A stretch of 64,000 bases of DNA from Flaccisagitta enflata (lineage: Eukaryota): the NCBI GenBank assembly GCA_965153355.1, contig OZ231126.1, forward strand, positions 9,982,001 to 10,046,000. The letters are read 5' to 3'. The notes beneath the pieces are model-generated. The model saw only the letters and a program-made list of their open reading frames with translations, ran no database searches and was not told the DNA's origin. Position 1 is the stretch's first letter; each line of letters opens with the position of its first letter. The position numbers were made by a program, and so were the translations under genes. Positions 37,801-49,287 of this stretch are shown here, one piece after another.

Positions 37801-40800
37801 CGACGGTCTTTTGGCGGATGCTGCGGCTGCTGCTGTTCCAGCTCAGACAGTTGCCTAAGCTTCACATCCCGCTGCTCTAAAGCCCCACCAATGCCGCCGT
37901 CGTTCAGGCTATTCCAGTGCTTTCGTTGCATTTCTGCCGCATTGTTGAATATTCCCGCTCTTCTATCTTCATCTGCTGCTGCTGGCGAAAGTTACACATT
38001 CTGTCGTATAACTCTTTGTCTTCTTGTGATGAGCTTCGCTGTTGGAATCCCAATGGCACCGCGATCGGCGCCTTTGGAGCTGTTGCTGCACCACCACCTT
38101 CACCTTCAGCCATCATGCGCAGCCGTTGATCTGCAAGGCGTTGCTGTCTCTCTTCTTCTGTCTCCTCACTGACGTTCATGCTTTCGACAAGATGGTTATT
38201 TGAAGCTGGAGGATCCACCACCACCGCTGGGATCGCGGCGGGAGGTTGCTGTTGCTGCTGCAGTTGCTGTTGCGTATTTTCCCCTGCATCGTTTTGCGGT
38301 TGTTGTTGTTGTTGCTGCTGTTGCTGCTGTTGATCGTGTTGTTGCTGTTGTTGCGCCACAGGTTGTGGCGCCGGCTGCAGGATCTGATGTTGTTGCTGAT
38401 CTTGTTGACAAAATTGTTGGAGTTGCTGCAACTGCTGCTGCTGCAACAGCTCTTGCTGCTGCCGTTGAGCCGTCGTTTGCTGCTGCTCCTGTGGTCGGTG
38501 GAGTTGATTGCTGTTGAGTTGCTGCTGCTGCACCTGATGATGCTGCGTTGTTCCTGTTGCTGTCGCTTCTCCTCCTCGTTGTTGCATTGCTATCATAATC
38601 CGACGCCTTGATTCTTCCTCCAACTGCCACCCCATCTGTCTCTCTCACACTCCTGCACAAGCTCGCCTCTTCCTGCGGGGCGTCAATCCGTTGATGATCC
38701 GCGGCCTCTTGCGAGAGCGTCGGCGTCGTCGAGATCCGCAAGCATGTCGTCAGCTTGCTCCATTGGAGACGCACGCGCAGGTTCAATTTCCGAGACCAAA
38801 TCTGATACCCATTGATTGACGGCATCTCCTCTTTGGATCGGCGGCAGATTTAAAATTGGCCGCCAGTCGGAGATTGCGCACCATGTCTCCGGGCCGAAGT
38901 GGTAGATACTCGATCCGTCGGGGTTTGGCGAAGACGCCGCATCCTTGAGTCGGAGCGCCGGTAACATTGTCACGGGCGGCGTGAGTGTCAGTTGGGAGAC
39001 TGTTCCATGAGAATTCGTTGACGGGTTTGCGATTCCCAATATCGTTGTGCACTGCGTTCACGATGTCAGCGTTGGAAGGAAACCCTCTGGATAGTTTTCA
39101 CGATCAAAGAAACGCATGGAGTCCCATTCGCGCCGGATTTCACGCAAAGAAGACGCCATAATCGAAGAGGGTCGCCGGGCATCGAGCGAGCGCCATTTGT
39201 CTTGCATACGATATGAAGTCGTAGACCATGTCCCAAGGCCGTCGAGCGCCATCCGATTCACAGGCGGCGCTGGAAGTCGCCGTTCGTCGGGTGCAGAAAC
39301 GGGCGTTAAAAGGCGCCGGCATCCTTCCATTTCCGCAGTGATGTCGTTCCTCATTGCGCGCAAACGATTCGACCTCGGACACTGATTCAAACAAAGAATG
39401 AGATACGATGACGCGGCGCGACGGTGTCGTCGCTACTGCGGCTGCCATTGTCCAATTTCGCTTTCGGAGGTCGAAGATGAAAAGAATCGAGTCGTTTTTA
39501 AATTGTTGAAATATAAATTACGCCTTCAATTGAACTGGCCTGATGAGCGCTTCACGACTGACTTAAAGAAAGGCCGATTGGAAAATAGGAAGGCGATCGT
39601 CTGCTTATTCCATAAAATTTCAACAACTGAAGAGAGGGGAAAAATGAAAGGAAAGTGGGCGTTAATTGTGATCAGCAAACGCAAAAGATAACATGAAATC
39701 GAGATAGGACACAATAAAGGACAGAAACAGCACATGACAACATGTTCATCTTCTTCAGAGCCCATGCCACCTGATAATACCTGCTCCTGCCCGGCCCATC
39801 CCATTAAATTCATCCATATCATCCCTATAGCAAGCTGATCGATGACAAGCGAAAAAACCATACTAAAATCCGGCGATAAAAATGCAAAAGGGCAAAAGAC
39901 AAAAATAACAGACCGGAAAACAAGATAAAACAACGTTAATAAAAGCAGAAACACGTCTATAAAACTTACTTTTAGGCCCACTTTCGTTGGTTTCAACCCA
40001 CAGTCTGTCGATGTCAAATTAACGTTAATTGTCCGTTCATTAGTTTATCTGCAATAAAAAGATGAGAGATTATTGAAATTAGTGAATTCCAAGGGCGCAT
40101 TCAAACGATCATAAAAATCAATCAATCACTTTAAGAAGCGATGCCGTAAATAAATAAAATCAATCAATCCAAAAATTGGATGATACGAAAGACGAGTTAC
40201 GTATATTTGCCTACGTAGTAAAAACAAATGGCACAAAATCAAGGCGCAACCATATGGTTACCCATCTAGCGTTCAATATAAAAAATGGCAAGAAACAAAA
40301 GACACGGGCATCGAATAGTAGAGAAAGAGAAAAAGCCAAAAGCACGCAAAAGAGACAGAAGGCACACACACCTAAGAGACAGACCGACATACATTTCTAA
40401 CATGCGTGATGATATTTAGGGGACGAATATGGTGGCTCACCCCCAAAGAGACTGACCTTTGACACCCAGCAACCCATTGATGCGCGCGACCGATCTAGGT
40501 GATGGACTGACCGATGCCGCCTTTCTTATCCATCGCCGCCACCACCCCTCATTTGTAAAAGTGGTGCATCAGCACCCTGGTTCCACTTCGACAGCAAATT
40601 CCGTTGCAACATTTTCGGATTGGGATCCTTGCCACTGGAGAGTGGTGCTGTCTGTTGTCTCAAGTATAAGGGAACCCGCTCTTCGATGACAACGATCATA
40701 GATGACGCGAAACCCAGTCTCCCATAGGTGGAGCAATCCAGGTGGATGGGGAGTCCGTAAAAATTGGGATCCGAGGATCTAACAAAAAGGAGGCTCTCAT

Positions 40801-43800
40801 AGCGATGTGTCCTCAAAACGACGGCCATAGGTGTCGCAATAAATACGGTACGACCGAGGGGCCGAGCGCACGAGCCCCTGATTCTTCATCCAAAATAAAT
40901 CCCATAGGCAAATTAATGTAGGCAGATTTCTTGCGACGCAGATTGACTCACTTTACCATCCCAGTAACAGGCTCTCAATTCTTCGAAGACCGATAGGGGA
41001 CCATTGCCGATGAATGTATTAGCCATAGAACCAGTTGTCATAAAGTCTCTCTGAAAACTGTTGAAAATCGCTAAAATGACAAAATTTCAGTAACTTTCGA
41101 AATCTTCAATAGTTTAAAACATATAAAATTCTCCTTTCCCTCATTAGAAATTGGTTTCCTTCTTCAATTGTCCGCGGGCAATCCTTATACAATTCATCTT
41201 ATCCGGAACTGCATTTTATCAACTAAATTGTGTTCTTACAGTTTTATCGCGTTGGATCCAAATCTAACATCTACGAATCTTAACGGCGTACGCCACAACC
41301 CCTCGATATTCAATCTACATCGGGGAAACGCTACGGGAGATCCTATTGGGCTTTTTATACATATTATCGGGTTTCCATCTTAATCAGCCTAATTCACATC
41401 TTGCAGGATTGCTCCTTGTGGCGCAATTTTTAAAGCTAAGAATCGGATCAAAATTCCAGCTTGGCACTTTACTCAGCCTAGAATTACATCATATCCAGAG
41501 TATCACATCTCCTGGCATAAGGCTGAGATTGGCTTAGAACGGATCAATATTCCGGCTTTGCCTCTGTTGTCTGGTAAATACATCAGGATCCAGACTTCAG
41601 ATTTTACAAATTCCCGATAATCATTAGCACTGATTTGCTTAAAAGGTAAACGTGCATTATTTCCCATTGTCTGATACTCGCTTCATTTGCCCGACTTTAA
41701 GAGAATTGCTTTTGCCGCGTAGGGATCAAAACCACCAACAATATCACCTGACAGCCAATCTTGGGAAGCAGCATATTGGCTGTACAACTACAACGGCAGG
41801 TCTTACAGCAACAGCAATTACAACAACTAAGAGATCAACAGCAGCAACAGCGACAACGACAACTACATCAAAAACAACTTGACCAACGAAAAAAGGATAT
41901 CAATATGGGAGACGAGGAAGTGGCGCAGATGGCGAGCGCCTATAAACGCCAAAATGTAGTTTATCCAGATTACAACCCAAAAAAGGATTTCACCTCATGG
42001 CTCGCCGGTTACAGGGAGAAGTCTCGTAACGCCCACGGCCTCACGCACGCGCAAAACGCGGAGGTAGATGCAGAAGTCATGAAGTCCATTTCTAGTAAGT
42101 TGGAATGTGGAACCGCACTTGATGCATACAATGGCCTCCCGGCTGCCGCAAAGGGCGACTACGACCAGATGGTCAAGTTGCTTACGGAGGAATTCACGGA
42201 TCCTCAGGAAAAGCAGCGATTCCTCGAGGATTTCAGCTACAACAAAAGAAAGAAGGGCCAAAGCCTGAGAGACTTCGTTCAGGACATCAGAAAGAGTCAG
42301 AACAAGTACTCAGGTATGCCGGATACTTTTCCAGGCCCCAACAATACAAAGGTGGTGAACAAGGCGAAAGTCGCCGATGGCATTCGCCGTTTTTGCAAAG
42401 GCATACGCAACAGAAAAGGCAAAAAGGATAGAGAGCAGATGAAGCAACTTAAGTACAACTTGCATCGGGAGGATGAACAGACATGGGAAAATGCTCTTGA
42501 CGTCGCTGGAAGGTGGGAAGCGGCGAACAATTATGATTCATCTTCGTCAGCATCATCAGCGTCGGACGACGACAACAAAGATGAAGTTGTGGCGGTCACG
42601 AGCAGCCGCAAAAGCAAGAAGTCAAAGAAAGGTAAAAGGCCACAGGAGTTGGCAATAACCATGGCGGCGGTACCACAGCCTCCCGCACTTGCCGCCGCAG
42701 CAGCAGCAGCAGCAGCGCCGCCAACCGCAGCTGACGAAGGCGCCGCAGTTGCCGCTGATAAACCGGATGCGGTAGCTACTCTCATGAACAGAGTAGAAGC
42801 AAATGAGAGAGATATTCAAGAGTTGAAAAGTGAAATGGAGCAATTAAATCTTAATGTCACAAACTGGGAAGGCCGCATGAGTACCACCCTCAATGAAATA
42901 CTCCTCACTGTTCGCTCCAACCGGCAAATAATAGACTCTACCCAGCAGGCAATAAGCGACTTGCAGGCTGACCTCTATTAAATCTCTCTCCCCTTACACA
43001 TACACAACAAGTTTGTGTAGGCAAAGAAGCTAACCAGTGGAATTGGCTTACAAAAGTTTAAGTCCTAACACAAATCACAAAATGTTTGTTTAGGCCTAAC
43101 AAAAAGTGCTAGTCACATAGATATACAAATGTGCGGTGGGTAGAGTGAAATGAGATTAAACAACATCCTGAAAAATCAAAACTTTTTAGCCTTAGCAACG
43201 AAACAAAATGAGATGGCCGTAAGAAATGTGAAACAGAATAGAAGGAAAATAAGGCAGGATGAAACAAAATGTTATCCTGGCAAATCAAAGCCGAGTAGCC
43301 TCAACGTCCCTTGATCATAAACTTCATGGAAAGATCTTATAACAGTCAAAATGAGTCATTACGACGCGAAGCCCTAAGGTATGCAACCTCTGAATCCTCT
43401 TAAAATTTCGGCCGCAGTCTACGAAAAGTTGGCTTGACTCGACATTAGCTGACTCATTTTTGGGAAGTAGCTCAACATGTTACTCTCATCCAAACTAGCT
43501 GGGTTCCCGTAACATGAAAATATAGAAGGAAAGCAGCCTTATCAGCATGTGTTATCCCATGATTTGCGACACAAGATAATAGTAATTGATTCCTTCATAG
43601 CTTGTTTTGTTGTTGGTTTACCCCAACATACGCGATGCTGTTAAAGACTTAACATGTCTGTTCAGCAAAGCTGTTAAAGACTTAACATGTCTGTTCAGCG
43701 ATTTACCTGATGACCGGTAACAAGCTGAGAGTAGCGAATAGGAAGTTAGCACATTTGGAGAATGTCGGGATGGGAGATTGGAAGGAAGTGATGGTAGCGT

Positions 43801-46800
43801 AGGTGAATGGAGAAAGAGTAAGGGGTCCCATTTCCATTGGCGAATATAAAGGATGGAATCGATGCGAGCTGGGCCCATACATTGCTTATCCATGAGTGAG
43901 GAAGATGTTGCAAGTCTTGGATTTTGGATACTTGCCGTCTGTCACGCGCACAACGGGATTGGAACAACATTCCTGCCCAATCATGTTCATTACAGACTGG
44001 ACCCTAATAAGAGCGGAGGAGGGACCCAAAGTTTTAGCATCACCCCCTAGAGCTTAAATAGCACAAGCAAATTTCTTATTTACTGTGGCGGATTACACTT
44101 TAGATGGATACAAGTGGCGCCACCATGGCGATATTTGAATTTCCACCTAGAACATCCTCAAATTGTCAAAATTGATGAAAAAATTGTTGAATTTTTTAGG
44201 GGGGCTCAGAGGGTGATTTGACGTAATCTAAGGGTGTTCTAGATGGAAATTCAAAAATCGCCACGGTGGCGCCACTTGTATCATCCTAAAGTATAAATCA
44301 CCACAGCAAAAGAGACAAATCCTTGAGCCATTTAAGCTGTAGGGGGTGATGCTAAAACTTTGGGTCCCTCCTCCGCTCTTATTAGGGTCCCATCTGTAGT
44401 GCGTCAAGAATTTGCCCCTGTCTTTGCATGACAGATGAGGGCATCTGTCTTGTGACGGCCGATCGTCTATTACATATCCATCTATCCATCTCTCCATCAT
44501 AGGTCTGGTAATCCGGTCATAGACCTTGATAAGAAGAGATATGCTAAAAAGGGGCACATTATGTCCGTTTAGCTCGTCGCATAGATGAGGGCGGAAGATG
44601 CTGCAGATGGCGCTGCAGATGACGGAGGAATCTGCAGATAGTTGCAGCAGAAGATATGAAGACGGTTTTTGCTCTTGATGAGCCTCTGTACAGACTCTGG
44701 AAGACTGTCATGCATAAGAAACGATGGTCCCTTTGGGCCTAGAATATGGACATTGATGGTGGTGTGCCAATGACAACGATGGCATGCCGCGCTTTACGTA
44801 TGATTCGTAGTGCATTTATTGTTATTTCTCTCTGTGTGCAAAAGAATATCACATTTATATATGTCTTAATGCTTTCTTTGCTTGATTATGATAGGAAAGG
44901 TGATATGATTAGGGTTAGTTTGGCTACTGTATCCATATGCAATGGTCCCTTATTTATATGAGAGTATTCATCCCATCAAGCTCCAGGTCATTCACTTGCT
45001 GAAGAAGGATATGAGCGAGCCAGGAACTCGGGACTGCTCAAATGCGTGATGATATTTAGGGGACGAATATGGTGGCTCACCCCCAAAGAGACTGACCTTT
45101 GACACCCAGCAACCCATTGATGCGCGCGACCGATCTAGGTGATGGACTGACCGATGCCGCCTTTCTTATCCATCGCCGCCACCACCCCTCATTTGTAAAA
45201 CAAGGGTCGTAACTTCAAATACTTATAGAGTCAATAACGCATAAGCGAGCAAAAACCAAGATGGATCAGAAAACGCGGGCGAGTGAAGGACCATGACGAT
45301 AGAAATTGCTTGATCAATTATCCAACTATCGCTCTAGAGCTAAAGGTGCCAAAAATCCAACCCCCTTTCCCTTTCAAAATCACGCTAAGCCAACCTTTTT
45401 ATCGTCGATGAGTTGGTCGATAAACGAGAGATGTCTCTGTATGGCCGCCTCGTATTCGTCCTTTTGCAGATGCAGTCGATGCGTCATCTCCCTTTCCGTT
45501 TCTTTGGCGTGTCGTACCGTCAATTCTCGTTGCTGCGCCAACGATCGTTGCAGCTTCTCGATGGTCGCGGCTTTTGTCTCGACCTCCATTCTGAGATGCG
45601 CCACCGTGGCCGTCACTTCCGTCGTAGCTTCACTCGCCGCCCGTCGATGGCGCTCCATCTCCAAATCGGCGATGTTGTTGGCGCCGTCTTCGGCTCCATC
45701 GTTGACGCCGCGATAACTCGATGATCCCGTCGTCATCACCGGCGCCGGAGAGGGCGTTCTGACAAGCAGCTTGTTTGAATCGACCGTCGGCGCCGCGGGG
45801 AGAGGTTTGGCCTTCATCTCGGCTCTTTGCTTCTCCACCATGGCCTTATCGCGCGTCGACGCCTTTTCCACCTCCGTCAGGAAATCCAAGATGTTCTGCA
45901 GTTTGGCGTCGGAGAGCAGAGAAGACACGCTGCCGGCGGAACCGCGAAACGAAGAATTGTTATTGTTCTTGTTGTTGCCGCCAAGATTTGTTCCATTTTG
46001 ATTCCTGGAAAAGGACGAAGGAGGGCGAGAGTTGTTTTCTTCTTGACTCAATCTCAATAAATTGTCAGCGTCCAAATATGCGGCGGAAGAAGCCGCTGCT
46101 CCTCTTCCTCCTCCACTTCCTCTTCTAGAAGCGACCGATGGCGTTCCACTTCCGGCAGCTTCAATGGCGTCGATCTCCTCCAGCCATTTGGGTCCTTTGC
46201 GTTTGGCGGCTTCCTTCTTCCTCCTCTCCTCTTCCTCCTTTTCCAAGTCCAGCGCGTCATTGGCTTCCAGCGTCTTTAGAGAGTTGAGCGAATCGTCGAG
46301 GGCGGCGTTTCCGGCGATGACCGTCGACGGTCCCGCGCCTAATGTCCGCGTGTCGGTGCTGAGGACGGAAACGCTGTCGCTTTTGGCGTCGCCGTCGGGG
46401 GTGTCGAAGCCGTTGACGACCTCTTCCGCCGGCTCTCTTCGTGGGTCTTCGATAAATCCACTGCCGGAAACCCAAGAAGCCACCGGCGATGGACCATCGC
46501 CATCTTCCGCTTCTCCTCCTCCTCCTCCAACATCGCCTCCTTCACCGGCGTCAAAGCCAATGAACTCCTCTTCCATCTCCCTCGAAGCGGCGGCGTTGGC
46601 GGCAAAAGCGGCGTTGGCGGCGTCGTGAACGAAACTTTTGACCGCGGTTGAGTTATTCTCGTCGTAGATATCTCGATGATCGGTTCCATTGACGACGCCG
46701 TAGCTGCTTGAGACGTTGCCGTCGTCATCACCACTACCACCTCCTCCTCCTCCTCCATCTCCATTACCACTCTCGGTCGCCAGTCTGGATAAAACCGAAT

Positions 46801-49287
46801 TTTTCCTCTTCCTCATCATCGCCGCCTCATTCCTCTTCCTGTATTTCTCCTTTTCCATCCTTTCTCCGACCCTCTTCACTTCCTCCTCGACCAATCTCTT
46901 CGTTTCCTCCTTCTTCGCTTCTCGTTTCCTCGCCAACTCTTCGATGGCCTTTTGTCTGGCTTCTTTGGCCCTTTCTTCCCTCCTCCTCCTGGCCGCTTCG
47001 GCCTCTTCCTCCTCTGTCGCGTTCCTTTTGTCCTCTTCCTCACGTTTCCTCATCATTTCCTCCCTTTTGTTGTCGAGGAGTCTTTTGAGCGCCGCCTGAC
47101 CGGCTTTACGCCGCTTAGAGTGGCGCCGGTACCAAGTCTGGATCTTGGCGGCGGCGTTGTTGAGTCTCAAGACAAAAGCCTCCGCTTCCGCCAAATCAGC
47201 CACGTTGATTTCCAGTTGTTGTTGTTGTGGCTGTTGTTGTTGTTGTCTATGATTTCCTCCCAATTGTGAAGATACGTCCTCCTCTTCTTCCTCCTCTTCC
47301 TCCTCTCGGAAGCTTCTCTCGTTAGCCTCGAAGGAGCCCACGCTGTCGAGCACGTCGAGCGAGTCCGCGGCGATCGAGCCGTTCAACAACTTCGATCGTT
47401 GTTGTCGCGATTTAGCGGAAAAAACGTTTTCCGACCGAGTTTCTTTAGAATTCAATACGCGGTTATCATCATCATCATCCTTCGATCGTCTGTTTTCCTT
47501 GAGATTGTCGGAGTAGTTTCTTTGATTCCCATTGTTTTCGTTGGCGCCGTTTTTATTGTCTTTATTATCGTAGTAACTTTGATTTCCCACGTGATCATTT
47601 CCATGTCTGATTTTATCGTTCGATTGATGACCGATGAGCGCCGAAGATTCCGGATTTTTATCGATGATCGAAGAGCGAGACTGGGCGCCGCTAGACGCCG
47701 AAGAATTACGGGAAATTCGGGGCCGAAGATTATCCGCGGAGCGCCGATGGTCGCCACCGTTGCCGTCGGGGTGGTGATCGGTCCCGTCGCGTGGAAGGGG
47801 ATTAGATGGAGGAGGAGGAGGAACGCGGAAGAGACGACCTTCGAGTGGAATGGAACCGGAAGCACGACCCGGATGACGCTGAGAGGAGGAAGAGGAGGGA
47901 GAAGCGCGATGAGAGGACTGGAGGGAGGGCAAGAATGGGGGGGGGGAGAGGGAAGGGCGACGAGGGAACTAAGTTTGATGGAACATTGCTTTTGACTCAA
48001 ACAGCTCTTTCCTGAACAGAGGGAGGAATGTTAAGAAAGTTTTAACAAGTTTTAACAGGTTTTAACAAAGTTTAACAAAGTTTAACATTGGGCACCCCTT
48101 TAATTTTGCAACCGTGTTAAAACCGGCTTAAAAGGGTGCCTTTAGTGCAAAAAAGGTGTAAAATTTCTTATAAAACCCTGTTAAAATCTTTTTTAAATCT
48201 AAGAGTTGTTAAAACCTTTGTTAACACTCACAGTTAAAATTCTGTTTAACACTGATTAGGTGTTTTAACACCACATCAAGTTTTAACACGTGAAAGTTTA
48301 ACGTGGTTTAACACAGGAAACCAGTTTTAACACAAATTACTAGTTTAACACGGTATATCAAGTAACATGTTTAACACAGGTAACCAGTTTTAACACAAAT
48401 AACAAAGTTTAACACAGGGAACCATGAAACATGTTTTAACACAACTTGTCATGACCAGTTTTAACAGGCCGTTTCAAGTTTTAACACCATTTTCTTTTAA
48501 TTTTAAAGTTTTAACAAGTCTTAACGGGTTCCTCTTTAATTTTTGGCCGGTTAAACTTTGTTAAACTTTGTTAAACTTTGTTAAAACCTGTTAAAACTTT
48601 CTTAACATTCCTCCCTCTGCCTGAAAACCGAATGAACATCTGTTTAATGAACTGTATTTCAGTACACTTGAACAACCATCTGTCGATCTTTTGTTTTTAA
48701 GACTTTTTAAGCGGTTTTTTAAATTAGGGTTAGGGGTGGGTTTAGAGTTAGGGTTAGGGTTGGGGATAATTTTAGGGTTAAGGTTAGGGACAAGATTAGC
48801 TTTAGGGCTAAGGGTTGGCTGGGTTTTATGTGTTACGACCCGAAGCTATTCGAATTAAATTCGCTCTGGCGGAGGATTCTGAAAGAAAAACAAAATCGTT
48901 CAGAGTCTCATTCAAAATGTCCCTGTATTTCTCCCTCAAAGAGCAAGATAAAGTCGCCTCTTGTTTGATTCTTAGATTTTCAATCTATCAATCAATCAAT
49001 CAAACAAATTCGATCAGAGCGTTCGCGTATAACAAAAGAGAATCGGGTGAGCCAACCTTTTTGGCGGAGGATAGTGAAGCCCCAGATAGACTCAATGAAA
49101 GCGCCTCTTTGCTCGGCCTCCTGAAAGTGGCGCCGCTGCTTTGGCTAGAAGTCGGACGCGAGGACGCCGTGGGAGGAGGAGGAAGAGGAGCAACGCCGAC
49201 GCCGTTTAGCGCATTTCCGCTTTCAATCGACGCCGCGTTTCTTCGGGGAGTGGAATGAGAGACGCCGCGCCGGGAACTCGAGGACAT
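23116..49287 (-). CDS. CEP131: Centrosomal protein 131 (AZI1)
   Basis: Exons 49287-49057, 47917-45395, 26473-26216, 26021-25845, 25240-24965, 24820-24559, 24334-24099 and 23379-23116 join in frame. Contains IQ motif AAAKIQTWYRRH, YEAAIQRHLSFIDQLIDDKK, EITVRGLEPEIQKLIARHK and KRADHLEGLLEQQR. Confidence 0.9.
23420..23995. repeat. ~33-bp intronic minisatellite (GAACCTGAGAGGGACAAGGGATAGACACAAAAG)
   Basis: Degenerate tandem copies fill a CEP131 intron. Confidence 0.85.
25320..25827. repeat. (GAAA)n microsatellite
   Basis: Directly visible; intronic in CEP131. Confidence 0.95.
26675..27000. mobile_element. 326-bp hAT-type MITE in the 5' LTR of the Gag-only element
   Basis: Imperfect TIR CAGG(CC/GG)TGTATAT. 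8-bp TSD GCAGATGG at 26667-26674 and 27001-27008. Absent from the 3' LTR. Confidence 0.9.
28890..31437 (-). CDS. Accessory ORF region between BEL pol and the 3' LTR; unknown product, fragmented
   Basis: Acceptor at 31529-31528, ATG at 31437. Same-strand ORF pieces 31437-31222, 31176-30157 and 29951-29559, a putative GTAAGT..CAG intron at 29186-29048, and a last piece to 28890. Confidence 0.5.
31770..39448 (-). pseudogene. BEL/Pao gag-pol with many frameshifts (possibly assembly errors)
   Basis: Three Cys/His knuckles (CSGMH..C, CFHCLTPGH..C, CQTCKKRHATILH), protease IDSGA, RT GPNLMNSL/CDIKAFF/FYVDD, RNase H FCDA..YGAVAY and NPADHCSRG, integrase FTCFVSRAVHVEL/SDCGTN/GGVWER. Confidence 0.9.
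41905..42981 (+). CDS. Retrotransposon Gag/capsid-like protein with C-terminal coiled coil and no zinc knuckle
   Basis: Intact ORF, open from 41761. DFTSWLAGY..ALDAYNGLP..YDQMVKLLTEEF..KRKKGQSLRDFVQDIR..RRFCKGI..TWENALDVA follows the Ty3/gypsy capsid pattern. Heptad-like tail LMNRVEANERDIQELKSEMEQL. Confidence 0.75.
   Translation: MGDEEVAQMASAYKRQNVVYPDYNPKKDFTSWLAGYREKSRNAHGLTHAQNAEVDAEVMKSISSKLECGTALDAYNGLPAAAKGDYDQMVKLLTEEFTDPQEKQRFLEDFSYNKRKKGQSLRDFVQDIRKSQNKYSGMPDTFPGPNNTKVVNKAKVADGIRRFCKGIRNRKGKKDREQMKQLKYNLHREDEQTWENALDVAGRWEAANNYDSSSSASSASDDDNKDEVVAVTSSRKSKKSKKGKRPQELAITMAAVPQPPALAAAAAAAAAPPTAADEGAAVAADKPDAVATLMNRVEANERDIQELKSEMEQLNLNVTNWEGRMSTTLNEILLTVRSNRQIIDSTQQAISDLQADLY
43988..44401. 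mobile_element. Palindromic MITE with ~170-bp inverted arms and CA(C/T)TACAG ends
   Basis: 43988-44160 is the reverse complement of ~44230-44401. No clean TSD (TGTT versus CGTC). Confidence 0.7.
48017..48619. mobile_element. Foldback-type MITE with 6-bp TSD
   Basis: TIR CAGAGGGAGGAATGTTAAGAAAGTTTTAACA, internal arrays of GTTTTAACA, TSD CCTGAA at 48011-48016 and 48620-48625. Confidence 0.88.
48725..48818 (+). repeat. Degenerate interstitial (TTAGGG)n-like tract
   Basis: Several TTAGGG and variant hexamers. Confidence 0.7.

Larger units (their letters stand above)
27446..40402 (-). mobile_element. BEL/Pao LTR retrotransposon, ~13 kb, inserted in the 5' LTR of the Gag-only element
   Basis: LTRs ~27446-28354 and ~39504-40402. 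TSD TGCGT at 27441-27445 and 40403-40407. Minus-strand PPT AAAAAATGGGGCAGAA lies next to 28354. Confidence 0.92.
26532..45200 (+). mobile_element. Non-autonomous Gag-only LTR retroelement with 733-bp LTRs; 5' LTR split by two later insertions
   Basis: 3' LTR is 44468-45200. 5' LTR = 26532-26674 + 27009-27445 + 40408-40560 (also 733 bp). TSD CAAG at 26528-26531 and 45201-45204. PBS-like TGGTGCATC at 40562. One gag-like ORF and no recognisable pol. Confidence 0.85.

Noticed and set aside
31770-39448. Programmed frameshifting or ancient decay as the cause of the many BEL frameshifts
   Set aside because: The BEL is younger than a host element whose LTRs are nearly identical, and its own LTRs differ largely by homopolymer-length and small indels. 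Unpolished long-read error is the simpler explanation; raw reads are needed.
43710-43987. Possible decayed second ORF in the Gag-only element (MTGNKLRV..GPISIGEYKGW..)
   Set aside because: Short, with two in-frame stops and no recognisable pol or env motif; it cannot be supported without a family consensus.
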